The notes beneath the pieces are model-generated. The model was not told where the DNA came from. It worked only from the letters and a program-made list of their open reading frames with translations, and did not search any database. Positions 34,392-44,432 of a stretch of DNA of 64,000 nt are shown one piece after another. Source of the DNA: a bacterium (lineage in GTDB: Bacteria > Hinthialibacterota > Hinthialibacteria > Hinthialibacterales > Hinthialibacteraceae); assembly GCA_963663405.2 (NCBI GenBank), contig CAXXSM010000016.1, forward strand, positions 1 to 64,000, in the 5' to 3' direction. The translations under genes were made by a program, and so were the position numbers. Each line of letters starts with the position of its first letter. Within the stretch, counting starts at the first letter, position 1.

Positions 34392-35651
34392 ATGAAGGAG
34401 ATACCATTGCGATCACAGCCATTCAGCAGCGGGGATGCGCTCGAAACATACCTGCAGTCTCTCTATCCGGAATTATACGATCAATCCGTCCGTGAAGGAA
34501 TTACACAATCAGAGCGCTGGGAATCAATCCAGCGCAGTCAGCCCGGATTGGACGCTTTGCCCGATTCCCCTCAATCCCCGGAAGACCTTTTGCGTATCAT
34601 CGCGGCGCTGCCCCGCCACGTTCCGAAACGCGCCAGCGGCCGTCCTGTAGTGACCATTCTCGCCGGGGGAAAAGGTTCGCGAATGGGGTGCTGCGCGGCG
34701 GATCAAAAAGCCCTCTGCCCGATTCAGGGCAAACCGGCGCTGCTTCGCGCGGTGGATACGTATCGCTCGTTCGGGATTGAAGATTTCGTCATTATCGTGG
34801 GAACCGGCTATCAAGCTGTGATTGAATGCCTGGCGGACCGGGATTTGCCTATCACCTATCTCTTTCAAGATGTGCAACTTGGCACAGGCCACGCGGGACG
34901 GCTTGGCGCCCGGTACCTCCGATACGCCGGCTATCAAGGAGATGTGCTGATGGTGATGGGCGATAAGTTTATCGCCCGCCGCGCGCTACATCGTATCTTT
35001 GAGGATCATGCGGAGCAGAACGCCGATCTAACCTTGTCCGCCGCCGCGAAAGCCGCGTGGCCCGACGCGGGCCGGGTAGTTATTGACGATACGGGCCATA
35101 TCCGGGCCATCGTTGAAAAACCGGATATTGTTTTACATCGTTTATTGGAGGATTTTCAGCGATGGCCAGGTGACTCCATTCCCACAAATAAGTTTATCAG
35201 TCAAGCAAGATCCTATTGGAATCGTCCCGACAAGTTGGAAAAAATCTTAGGCGCTTCTTTTTGGGATCAATTGCAGACTCTTGAATCTATCCCGAAACAG
35301 GACGCTCTGATCCCGAATCACAACAGCGATTTAAAATTTAATATTACCCAATCAATCCAACTCAGCGGCAAGGAAGTGGAAGAACGCTGCGATTTGGTCA
35401 ATCTCTCACTGTATCTTTTCAACGCGGACGCGCTTTATGAATCGATGGAGAATCTACGGGCCGATAACGCGCAGCATGAACTCTACCTGACCGACGCGGC
35501 GCATTACCTTACTTCCAATCAAAATGAACACAAGTACAAAGTCATCGCCTCCCGGATGCCCGACGACAACGACATCATGGGATTCAACACGCCTGAGGAA
35601 CTTCAACGCATCGAACAGCACATCATTATGGAAAATTTGATAGATGAATAA
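34392..35651 (+). CDS. GlmU-N-terminal-like sugar-1-phosphate nucleotidyltransferase without acetyltransferase domain
   Basis: ILAGGKGSRM, KALCPI, QLGTGHA, GRV, IVEKPD, NAQHELYLTD, GFNT. Confidence 0.82.
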   Translation: MKEIPLRSQPFSSGDALETYLQSLYPELYDQSVREGITQSERWESIQRSQPGLDALPDSPQSPEDLLRIIAALPRHVPKRASGRPVVTILAGGKGSRMGCCAADQKALCPIQGKPALLRAVDTYRSFGIEDFVIIVGTGYQAVIECLADRDLPITYLFQDVQLGTGHAGRLGARYLRYAGYQGDVLMVMGDKFIARRALHRIFEDHAEQNADLTLSAAAKAAWPDAGRVVIDDTGHIRAIVEKPDIVLHRLLEDFQRWPGDSIPTNKFISQARSYWNRPDKLEKILGASFWDQLQTLESIPKQDALIPNHNSDLKFNITQSIQLSGKEVEERCDLVNLSLYLFNADALYESMENLRADNAQHELYLTDAAHYLTSNQNEHKYKVIASRMPDDNDIMGFNTPEELQRIEQHIIMENLIDE

Positions 35652-35713
35652 AAGCGCCTGCGCTGGAGAATAAAAGCTGGGCGGTTTTCCTCGTATGAAT
35701 CCGTAGAAGTGGG

Positions 35714-36409
35714 TTATCCCTCTTGTTGCAACGCCTTTCGGATCGCTTCCACGACCTTTTTCGCCAGCTGCGCCGATCCTTTCTCCGTATAATGAACATT
35801 CACCGGCTGTTGGATTGCTTTTAACCGGGGCAGGGCGAACGCGTATAGATCATCGATCGCGATTTTGTTTTCCTCCATGATTTTTTTCGCGATGGCGTTG
35901 TACTTTACTACATCGTCCGGGCGCCGTGTAGGACTGACTTTTCCCTCCGGAACAGGCGTCGTGCTCGCCCAGATCAATTTCGCGTTTGTGGCTTTGAGGA
36001 TTTTTACCAATTTTCTGAGATTTTCTTCGTATTGTTTGAGAGGAACCTGATGTTTCCCATCGTCCATAATTTTCAGATCGTGCAATCCCCAATTAAAATG
36101 GATCACATCCCATTTCTTTTCGCCAAGCCATTGTTTGATCTGTTCCAATCCCCGGATCGTAGGACCGCCGTTGGTAGGAATGCGATGCAGATTGACGGCG
36201 CCTTTCAGCAATTCGCGCGTGGGCAGTGTGTAACCAATCGAGATCGAGTCACCAATTAATAAAACGCGGGGGAGTGACGGATCATCCTCCACATCGGCGA
36301 AGGCGGGATTCGGCGCCGCATTCGACGCGCCAAACGCGGATGGAAGAATCAATACACTTACCCAAAAAACCGTAATAAGAGTAGATGTAACAGAACGTGT
36401 GTTCATCAT
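35714..36409 (-). CDS. SGNH/GDSL hydrolase, exported
   Basis: LIGDSIS, FNWGLHD, NVHY blocks. Confidence 0.9.
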   Translation of the reverse strand: MMNTRSVTSTLITVFWVSVLILPSAFGASNAAPNPAFADVEDDPSLPRVLLIGDSISIGYTLPTRELLKGAVNLHRIPTNGGPTIRGLEQIKQWLGEKKWDVIHFNWGLHDLKIMDDGKHQVPLKQYEENLRKLVKILKATNAKLIWASTTPVPEGKVSPTRRPDDVVKYNAIAKKIMEENKIAIDDLYAFALPRLKAIQQPVNVHYTEKGSAQLAKKVVEAIRKALQQEG

Positions 36410-36591
36410 GAATCTCCTGGATATACAGTATGAAAAGCGAGTCATTGTATCATGGGAGGTATTTCAGTGGAAGATTGAAGGCTGAAGGGTGTAAGTAAAA
36501 TTTGGTTTCTTGATTGCGCCTCAAATCATTCGAATCATTTTCTTTTTGCGGTTTTGCCGTATGGTAGATATAATAAAAAAAGGCGTCAATT

Positions 36592-37758
36592 ATGATTAAA
36601 CGAACATTCCTTTTTCTTCTTAACGTGGTATTCCTGTTCTCGCTGTTCGTCAATCAGGGCGAAGCGGCGGGGAAGGTATGCGACCGTTGCGGGAAACGAA
36701 TAACCGGCAGGTACTTGGTTTACAAAATCGATAACCAGGAAGTCATCGTCTGCAAATCCTGTGACAGCAACCTGCCTCATTGCGCTTCCTGCAATCTTCC
36801 ATTCCACCGGAATCAGATGGTTCAAAGTCAAGGTGAATGGTTATGCAAGAGATGCTATAAGAACGCAAAATACTGTTCACTCTGCGGGCAGCGAATCAAA
36901 GATCGTTACTTCACAAGCGAGAATAGTGGGAAAATCTTCTGCGGCGCTTGTTATGATACCGCTCCTAAATGCCCGGTATGTAAATTACCGGTTAAACCGG
37001 AGGACATTGACGCCGCGTCAGGCGCGTGTTGGGACTGTATGAAAAAACTGCCCCGTTGCGCGTCCTGTGGCAAAGCGATTGTGGGGACTTATTACACGTA
37101 CCGGTTTGCGGAGGGGAAATATTGTCAGCAATGCAATGACAGCCGTCCCAAATGTTACTGCTGCGGAACGCCGATCGGGAATTTGTATTGGAAATTTCCC
37201 GATGGACGGGTGATCTGTGACACCTGTAATAAGCGGGTCATCAATGATGTGGATCAAGTTCGTCAGATTATGAGTGAGGTCGAACAACTCATCCCACGCT
37301 ATTTAGGGATGCAGGTAAAGAATCCATACACCGTCCATGTCGAAGCGCTCAATAATAACTCATTGATCAGCGCCTCCAAAGTTAAGAATGGCCAAGCATC
37401 CGGCAGTCCGCTGTTTGGATCGGAACTCGGTCTTTACCGGCGAATGAACGGCAAATCGGAAATTTTTCTTCTCTATGGATTACCCATTGAGATGATCTAC
37501 GAGACCGCGGCGCACGAATACGCGCACGCCTGGCAGGCGGAAAACTGCCCGCCCAATCAATCGAAAGAACTCGTGGAAGGCTTTGCGCAATGGGTCGCGG
37601 CGGAGATTCTCCGCGTCAAAGGATACAAAATCGCTCTTGAAAAATTACAAGCCCGCCGTGACAACCCCTACGGAACCGGCTATCAACGACTTCACACAGT
37701 TCACCAAAATCTGGGCCGCAAACAAGTTCTTGAATTTGTGAAAAAGGCGGTTCAATAG
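36592..37758 (+). CDS. Exported LIM-like zinc-finger repeat protein with DA1-like metallopeptidase domain
   Basis: Signal peptide; 12 CxxC pairs; LLYGLP..AAHEYAHAWQ..EGFAQW..YGTGY. Confidence 0.82.
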   Translation: MIKRTFLFLLNVVFLFSLFVNQGEAAGKVCDRCGKRITGRYLVYKIDNQEVIVCKSCDSNLPHCASCNLPFHRNQMVQSQGEWLCKRCYKNAKYCSLCGQRIKDRYFTSENSGKIFCGACYDTAPKCPVCKLPVKPEDIDAASGACWDCMKKLPRCASCGKAIVGTYYTYRFAEGKYCQQCNDSRPKCYCCGTPIGNLYWKFPDGRVICDTCNKRVINDVDQVRQIMSEVEQLIPRYLGMQVKNPYTVHVEALNNNSLISASKVKNGQASGSPLFGSELGLYRRMNGKSEIFLLYGLPIEMIYETAAHEYAHAWQAENCPPNQSKELVEGFAQWVAAEILRVKGYKIALEKLQARRDNPYGTGYQRLHTVHQNLGRKQVLEFVKKAVQ

Positions 37759-37794
37759 CGGCTACACACCTCTCCACTTATTCATTTGTACTAC

Positions 37795-39423
37795 TTATAC
37801 CGGCCGTTTTCGTGGGCCGTTTAATAACGTTCCCAGCCAAGTGTATCGTATCATGAATTCGTAAATGAATAACAGGAATCCTGTGACGGCGCCGCAAATC
37901 AATGTAAGTTTAAGTATAGCGGGAACTTGCCAATCTCTTATCAAGATCTGCAGTCCAATCACAAGAGGCAAATGGGTGATGTAAAGCCAATAGGAGGAAT
38001 CGGAGAGATAACGGATGGTTTTGTTTTCTTTCTGAAGTATTTTCCGGAATAATCCCATGCATCCGAATGTCATCATCCACGCATAGGAGACTTGGAGCGC
38101 ATCCCCGATCAGTTTATGCATCACCGGATTGATCCAGTCATTTGGTTTGATAAACCCTTCAGAAAAAGCCAGCCCCAGGGGGAATATTACGAACAGGGCG
38201 AGTGGAAGAATGTACCAATACTCGTTTCCCACCTGTCCCAATCGATCATTCGCATCGTAATAGAGCGCGCCAAAATAGAAGAAGAGCGCATAAAAAAGAA
38301 AAATGTGAGGCAGGGGTATCAATCCCATAGACGCATCCGGTCCAAAACCTTGCGAGTACATAAACCATTGCGGTATCAATGTCAGCGGAATTAACCAAAG
38401 ATACCGGAGGGGCGCCGTCACCCACTTATTGGATGATTCCGGTCTGTGAAAGAAATTAACAATTGCCGTATACACTATAAATCCAATAACTAACAAACAC
38501 AAATACCAGAGAAACCAGAGATGGTGAAAAATGGGAATCGTAAAGAGGAGACTGTCGAGGAGATTACTTTCATTCTCTTCTTTGATGGTTCCAGGCTCCT
38601 GTAAGAGTTTGGCTATTTCTTTCCGGCCGGTTTCCACTTTTTCTTGATCCAAATCGATCTTGAGCAGAGAAGTGATGAATTCCGTCGTCCCCCTGTCCGC
38701 CGCGAGAGATTGAGATGGCGTTTGCCCATAATTATTTTTTATACTTTTATCCGCGCCATGTTGCAGGAGCATCGCCGCGGTTTCTACGCTTCCCATAAAC
38801 GCGGCGGAATGGAGAGCCGTGCTCCCATCGCTGCCTTTGATATTGACATCAACGCCATTGTCCAGCAGGAGTTCTGCTATTTCTGTTTGATTTTCTAACG
38901 CGGCCCAGTTTAAAAGAGATTGTCCTACTTTTGGATCAAGCGTATTTAGATCAAATCCCTCTGCGATATGTTGTTTCACCGCTCCGGTGTCGCCTTGTTT
39001 TACAGCGGTCCATATATCGGTTTTTGCATCTTCCGTGGAATTGGTTTGATTTAACTTTTCCAATCCAGACATGATTGCTTTTTCGCCGATCCAGAACATC
39101 ACGGGCACAATCGTAACGCACCCCAGCAATAAAGGCAGAAAGATACGCCGGAAGCGTTGCCACAAGAGGGATTTTAAGCCTCGTTTGCGCCAGAGCATGG
39201 CGGTGAAAAATCCACTAATGAGAAAAAACAGCGGCATCCGGAAACCATGGAGTGAAGTGTAAATCAGATCGTACGCGCTATGTTGGCTAATATCTTGTAC
39301 CAACCATAGCCTGGGAGAAAACGCTAGCGCCGCATGTAGAATGATACCGGACAGCATAGCGGCGGCCCGCAATGCGTCGAGATCGTGCCGGCGATCGATC
39401 GTGGATGGATCGGCTGGTTTCAT
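37795..39423 (-). CDS. Acyltransferase-3 (OpgC-like) with inserted ankyrin repeats
   Basis: RRHDLDALRA, FRMPLFFLISGFF, HLWFLWYL, SYWLYITH; ankyrin TALHSAA..LLQHGAD. Confidence 0.9.
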   Translation of the reverse strand: MKPADPSTIDRRHDLDALRAAAMLSGIILHAALAFSPRLWLVQDISQHSAYDLIYTSLHGFRMPLFFLISGFFTAMLWRKRGLKSLLWQRFRRIFLPLLLGCVTIVPVMFWIGEKAIMSGLEKLNQTNSTEDAKTDIWTAVKQGDTGAVKQHIAEGFDLNTLDPKVGQSLLNWAALENQTEIAELLLDNGVDVNIKGSDGSTALHSAAFMGSVETAAMLLQHGADKSIKNNYGQTPSQSLAADRGTTEFITSLLKIDLDQEKVETGRKEIAKLLQEPGTIKEENESNLLDSLLFTIPIFHHLWFLWYLCLLVIGFIVYTAIVNFFHRPESSNKWVTAPLRYLWLIPLTLIPQWFMYSQGFGPDASMGLIPLPHIFLFYALFFYFGALYYDANDRLGQVGNEYWYILPLALFVIFPLGLAFSEGFIKPNDWINPVMHKLIGDALQVSYAWMMTFGCMGLFRKILQKENKTIRYLSDSSYWLYITHLPLVIGLQILIRDWQVPAILKLTLICGAVTGFLLFIYEFMIRYTWLGTLLNGPRKRPV

Positions 39424-39524
39424 ATTTTCTCCATTTAATGAAAACGTAGGATTAATTATTAAAATGGACTATAGAAAGATTGTTACGAGAGAGGTGTAAG
39501 GGATATTTCATTGGGTATTGATTT

Positions 39525-39570
39525 TTGTCAGAATCTGGATGGACATGATTAAAGGATGATTAGGATTTTG
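39525..39570 (+). repeat. GTC(A)GAATC element, single copy
   Basis: ttgtcagaatctggatggacatgattaaaggatgattaggattttg. Confidence 0.8.
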
Positions 39571-39620
39571 ATTTTTATCACCGGCTATTGTTATTGAATC
39601 GCTTCTGTTTTAGCAATGGC

Positions 39621-41141
39621 TCACATTCTTTTGAGCGGACGGTCTGTCCACGTTCCATCGGTTTCAATTTTTATAACACAGCCGATTGTGTTTAGATCCA
39701 CTTTGGGAAGTGAGAAGGACAAACCGGTTTTATCGATCTTCCAATCTGTGAGTGCGCCATAGCCGAGAAGAGTGACTTTTTGGATTTCTTTGACGCGGGC
39801 GGGAGTGATTGATTTTACTTTTAATCTATTGTTGTCCGGCCATTCGAGCGCGATCGCATAGAGGTTGTTTCCTTTTGTTGTGAACCAGATATCCTTGCTG
39901 GTGATAGTCGTTGAGAATCCTTTTTCCTGGCGATCGAGCGTTCCTTTTGATGTGAGTTCAGACGCTCCTTCGTGGATAATTTGCCATGCGTTTGTCCCAT
40001 AGACGGCTTCACTATTAATTTTCATCCAGCGGCCGATGGCCTGAAAACCTTTGATGGTTCCTTCGGGGATCGAGCCGTCCGGTTTTGGGCCGATGTTGAG
40101 TAAATAGTTACCTCCCCGGCTGATGATGTTGACGATCCAATAAATCAATTCCTTTTCGCTCTTCCAGTCGTTGTCATATTTGCTGTAGCCCCAGGTGTTA
40201 TTCATTGTGCCCGGCGTTTCCCAGCGCATAATCTGTTCTGTTGTAAGGATCTCGTTGTCCCCAGCGACGATGTAATCCCCCAGCCCATGTCCGATACGAG
40301 AATTGACCAGGCAGCGCGGTTGGGTATCGTACACCAGTTTGTAGAATTTGAAACTTTCAGTTGGTTTGATGTATTTTCCTTTGTACCAATAATCGAACCA
40401 AAGGGAATAGAGTTTTGGATAGCGGTCCAGCAGTTCTTGGACTTGCGGATAGGATTTTCCTTGGAAGTACCGGGCTCTTGTGTTGTCCGATGGATCCCAA
40501 TTGTTCATGGGATTGGATTTATTCCGGTTTCGATCGTTGGTATTCTCATCGAGCCATCCCCCTTCGCCGCACCATCCATCGTACCAGTCGATGACATGAG
40601 AATAGTAGAATCCGAGGCCGATCCCCTGTTTTTGGCATTCTTTATACAATAAATCGAGCGGCTCAAATGGGCAGGGGGTCATATCCGTGATGTTGAAAGG
40701 ACTGTGTTTGCTGGAAAAGAGAGCGAAGCCGTCATGATGTTTGGCGGTAATGACGATATATTTCATCCCAGCGTTCTTGGCGAGACCGACCCATTCAGCG
40801 GCGTCGAATTTTTCAGGATTGAATTGACTAGCCAGCTGCGCGTATTCATCGCGGGGAATACACGCATGATACATGATCCATTCGCCGAGTCCGGGAACGC
40901 GTTCTCCCTTCCATTCGGCTGAAGTCAGGGAATAGAGCCCCCAATGGATGAACATGCCCAGCTTGTCCTCATTGAACTGATCGAGCGCGTCTTGCTTGCT
41001 GTAATGCATGCGGTTCCAGTCTTGGCGCATGGATTCTGGAAGTTCAAAATCCGGTGCATTCAAGTCTCCTGCGCTTCCAACGAGCGTGGATAGGAGCAAA
41101 ATGATTCCGATTATGAATAGGTAATAGTGGTATAAACGCAT
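39621..41141 (-). CDS. Alpha-L-fucosidase (GH29)
   Basis: GMFIHWGLYS, TAKHHDGF, LWFD, NSR, WGY, GGNYLLNIGP. Confidence 0.93.
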   Translation of the reverse strand: MRLYHYYLFIIGIILLLSTLVGSAGDLNAPDFELPESMRQDWNRMHYSKQDALDQFNEDKLGMFIHWGLYSLTSAEWKGERVPGLGEWIMYHACIPRDEYAQLASQFNPEKFDAAEWVGLAKNAGMKYIVITAKHHDGFALFSSKHSPFNITDMTPCPFEPLDLLYKECQKQGIGLGFYYSHVIDWYDGWCGEGGWLDENTNDRNRNKSNPMNNWDPSDNTRARYFQGKSYPQVQELLDRYPKLYSLWFDYWYKGKYIKPTESFKFYKLVYDTQPRCLVNSRIGHGLGDYIVAGDNEILTTEQIMRWETPGTMNNTWGYSKYDNDWKSEKELIYWIVNIISRGGNYLLNIGPKPDGSIPEGTIKGFQAIGRWMKINSEAVYGTNAWQIIHEGASELTSKGTLDRQEKGFSTTITSKDIWFTTKGNNLYAIALEWPDNNRLKVKSITPARVKEIQKVTLLGYGALTDWKIDKTGLSFSLPKVDLNTIGCVIKIETDGTWTDRPLKRM

Positions 41142-41281
41142 TGATATCCTTTCCTCTGGTTCGTGATTATGAAGCAGGATACAATTATCGCGGTGTTTTG
41201 GATTTAAGTATATGGCTTGATTCTATTTATATTATTCATGAAATTTCAATTCACTCTACAAAGACAATTAAGGATTAAACC

Positions 41282-42358
41282 ATGAAAAAAAACATGATGA
41301 ATTTCATTTTTGCATTCTTTCTTACCCTTGCGGTTTCATTAAGTGGAATCGCTAACGACAAAAAAGACTTGCAATCGAATGACAACCAATCCCACCGGAC
41401 GGATTGGTTTAACAAAGCAGGCTGGGGCGTGTTTATTCATTATCTAGCGGGTATCGTAGCGAAGGGAGATGAGACTTCGGTAGAAGAATGGAACCGGGTT
41501 GTTGACCAAATGGACGTTGAAGGTTTGGCGGATCAACTCGCATCCATAAGCGCTGGATATCTCGTCATAACTATGGGGCAAAATTCAGGGCATTACTGCT
41601 CTCCGAATGAAGCGTATGACCAGATTGTTGGAATCCAGCCCAGCAAATGTTCGCGGCGGGATTTAATCTCTGATTTATACAATGCGCTGCAACCCAAAGG
41701 GATCCGGTTAATGGTCTATCTGCCATCAGGCGCGCCGGACCGGGATCAAACCGCGATGAGGGCGTTGGAATGGAAGAATGGAAAATACCCTCTTTGGAAA
41801 TATCCGAATGGAGGTCCGGACGGGGGCGATGACCGGTTGGTAAATTTCCAGCGGAAATGGGAAAAAGTGATCCGTCATTGGTCGCTTCAATGGGGAGAGA
41901 AGGTTTCGGGTTGGTGGTTTGATGGGTGCTATTTCCCTATCGCAATGTACCAGCATCCCGAACCGCCGAATTTCTACAGTTTCGCCGCCGCCGCACGTGC
42001 GGGGAATCCGGACAGTATCGTGGCGTTTAATCCTGGCGTACGGTATCCGATCGTCAGTCTGACTGAAGTGGAAGATTATACGGCGGGAGAGATCACCGAA
42101 CCGGATCGCGTTACCTGCCAAGGCCGTTGGGTGGATAGCGCTCAATTTCATATCCTTTGCTATTTAGGAGAGCAGTGGGGGCGCGGTGAGCCGCGTTTCA
42201 CGAATCAGCAGGTTATCCAGTGGACTCGTGATATTACGGAGAAAGGCGGTGTTGTTACGTGGGAGGCGCCGGTTTTGCCAGATGGGTTGATTCCTGAGGC
42301 GTTTGTTAAACAATTGAAAACGCTTGGAAATGTGATGAAAAGACCGTCTACCGAATAA
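41282..42358 (+). CDS. GH29-like glycoside hydrolase, exported
   Basis: WGVFIHY, RDLISDL, GWWFDG, FNPG; signal peptide. Confidence 0.7.
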   Translation: MKKNMMNFIFAFFLTLAVSLSGIANDKKDLQSNDNQSHRTDWFNKAGWGVFIHYLAGIVAKGDETSVEEWNRVVDQMDVEGLADQLASISAGYLVITMGQNSGHYCSPNEAYDQIVGIQPSKCSRRDLISDLYNALQPKGIRLMVYLPSGAPDRDQTAMRALEWKNGKYPLWKYPNGGPDGGDDRLVNFQRKWEKVIRHWSLQWGEKVSGWWFDGCYFPIAMYQHPEPPNFYSFAAAARAGNPDSIVAFNPGVRYPIVSLTEVEDYTAGEITEPDRVTCQGRWVDSAQFHILCYLGEQWGRGEPRFTNQQVIQWTRDITEKGGVVTWEAPVLPDGLIPEAFVKQLKTLGNVMKRPSTE

Positions 42359-42410
42359 TTTCTCTTCGCTCTAAGATATTCTTAGATTTCAATTATCGAG
42401 TGGAGAAACC

Positions 42411-44066
42411 ATGTCTATCACACGCCGTTCGTGTTTGAAAACAATGGGGCTTGGATTGGGGAGTCTTATGGCTCCACAATTAGGCAACGCCGCAGAGAAA
42501 CAAAAGAAAAGGCCTAACATTTTAGTCATTCTCGCGGACGATATGGGATTTTCCGACGCGGGATGTTTTGGTGGAGAGATCCGGACTCCAAATATTGACC
42601 GGCTGGCAGCGAATGGGCTGCGGTTTACGAATTTTTATAATTGCGCGCGCTGCTGTCCCACGCGGGCCAGTTTGATGACGGGATTATACCCTCATCAAGT
42701 GGGCTTGATCTTGAATGGGCGGAATTTGAGCCGTGATGGAGTCACCATCGCGGAAGCCCTGAAACCGGCGCGATATACCACATTGATGTCTGGGAAATGG
42801 CATTTGTCAGAAACAAAGCCACTGGCGGATGAAGCGAAACACCAACAATGGCTCGATCATCGATACGATCCCGGCGTTCCATTCGCTCCCTTGGAAACCT
42901 ATCCAGTTAACCGTGGATTCGACAACTATTATGGGAACATTTGGGGTGTGGTGGATTATTTCGATCCATTCTCTCTGGTGGAAGGAACAAAAGCCATTAA
43001 GGATGTTCCGGACGATTACTACATCACCGACGCGATCACAGACAAAGCGATTGAGTATCTTGAAAAGGCAAGCCGGAACGATACGCCGTTTTTCATGTAT
43101 CTCGCCCACTGCGCGCCGCATTGGCCCCTACATGCGTTACAGGAAGATATTGAACGATACAAGAACCGATATCGAGAGGGGTGGGATCGCCTCCGGGAAG
43201 AACGATATAAGCGAATGCTGGATCTGGGGCTATTCGATCGCGCAAACACACCATTGCCTCCGGTTCAAGTCAATGGAAAAACATGGGATGAATTGAGCGA
43301 TAAAGAAAAAGACCGGCAAGCGGCGAAAATGGCGGCTCATGCGGCGATGGTGGACCGGTTGGATCAGGGAATCGGGCGCGTATTGGATTGTTTGGAAGCG
43401 AATGGAGAATTGGAAAATACGATCGTCTTTTTCTTGGCCGATAACGGCGCATCACCGGAAATCCCCACCCGGCCCGGCTACGACCGGTCGTCAAAAACGC
43501 GTGAGGGTGAGACAATTCAATACCAGGGATTTGACGCGCCGGGACCGGAAACAACGTATACGGGAATCGGACCGGCTTGGGCGAGCGCGTGTAATACCCC
43601 GTTCCGTTATTGGAAAGCGCAATCGTACGAAGGAGGCTGCCATACACCCTTCATTGTTTCCTGGCCCGCGATGATGAAAGACCGCAAAGGGGAACTAACG
43701 GAGCAAACGGGGCATGTCATGGATATCATGCCGACCTGTTTGGAACTGAGCGGCGCGGCGTATCCATCATCTTACAAAGGAAATACAATTTTACCGTTGG
43801 AAGGAAAAAGCCTGATTCCCATTCTTTCAGGCCAAGAGCGTAAGGGACACGAGATTCTTTTCTTTGAACATGAGAGGGGACGAGCGGTGATTCAAGGCGG
43901 CTGGAAATTGACCGCGCATTCCAGGAATCCCAAGAAATGGGAACTATATCACTTGTCAAAGGATCGGACGGAAACGAACGATTTAGCGGACCGGTATCCA
44001 GAACGGATGAAAGCGATGGGGGAAGAATGGGATCGATGGGCGGTGAAGGTGGGGATTGATTCTTGA
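42411..44066 (+). CDS. Arylsulfatase with Tat signal
   Basis: ITRRSCLK; PNILVILADDMG; CCPTRASLMTG FGly motif; GKWHL; ADNG. Confidence 0.95.
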   Translation: MSITRRSCLKTMGLGLGSLMAPQLGNAAEKQKKRPNILVILADDMGFSDAGCFGGEIRTPNIDRLAANGLRFTNFYNCARCCPTRASLMTGLYPHQVGLILNGRNLSRDGVTIAEALKPARYTTLMSGKWHLSETKPLADEAKHQQWLDHRYDPGVPFAPLETYPVNRGFDNYYGNIWGVVDYFDPFSLVEGTKAIKDVPDDYYITDAITDKAIEYLEKASRNDTPFFMYLAHCAPHWPLHALQEDIERYKNRYREGWDRLREERYKRMLDLGLFDRANTPLPPVQVNGKTWDELSDKEKDRQAAKMAAHAAMVDRLDQGIGRVLDCLEANGELENTIVFFLADNGASPEIPTRPGYDRSSKTREGETIQYQGFDAPGPETTYTGIGPAWASACNTPFRYWKAQSYEGGCHTPFIVSWPAMMKDRKGELTEQTGHVMDIMPTCLELSGAAYPSSYKGNTILPLEGKSLIPILSGQERKGHEILFFEHERGRAVIQGGWKLTAHSRNPKKWELYHLSKDRTETNDLADRYPERMKAMGEEWDRWAVKVGIDS

Positions 44067-44432
44067 GGATTGATTGGGGGGATTGGTGCGGATCATTTTT
44101 ATCTGAATCTAGTAAGATAGAGTAGCCGCAAGGTTTGCTTTAGCAGGATTATCAGGATGACTAGAATATTGTAAATTTAACTAATTTGAAAATTCCTGCT
44201 TTAATATTATTAAGATTTTGATCTATGGCATACTATTTCGTTTTGTAGCGTGCTTGGCAGTTTATTAACACGGCTAGAAAAAATCTCCTGCAAGAAGAAA
44301 CGCAAGCCTATATAGTATAGGAAAACTCGATCGGCTACGCGATCTTATCGCTAATAATTCAGGTTTCAACTTTTCACCGTTCCGTCATTATTGATTAATT
44401 TAACTGTTTTTTCAGAAGGAATGAAGGATACA

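Noticed and set aside
44270-44350. Possible riboswitch upstream of the deacetylase (gcaa..acgcaagcc)
   Set aside because: The stems do not pair convincingly
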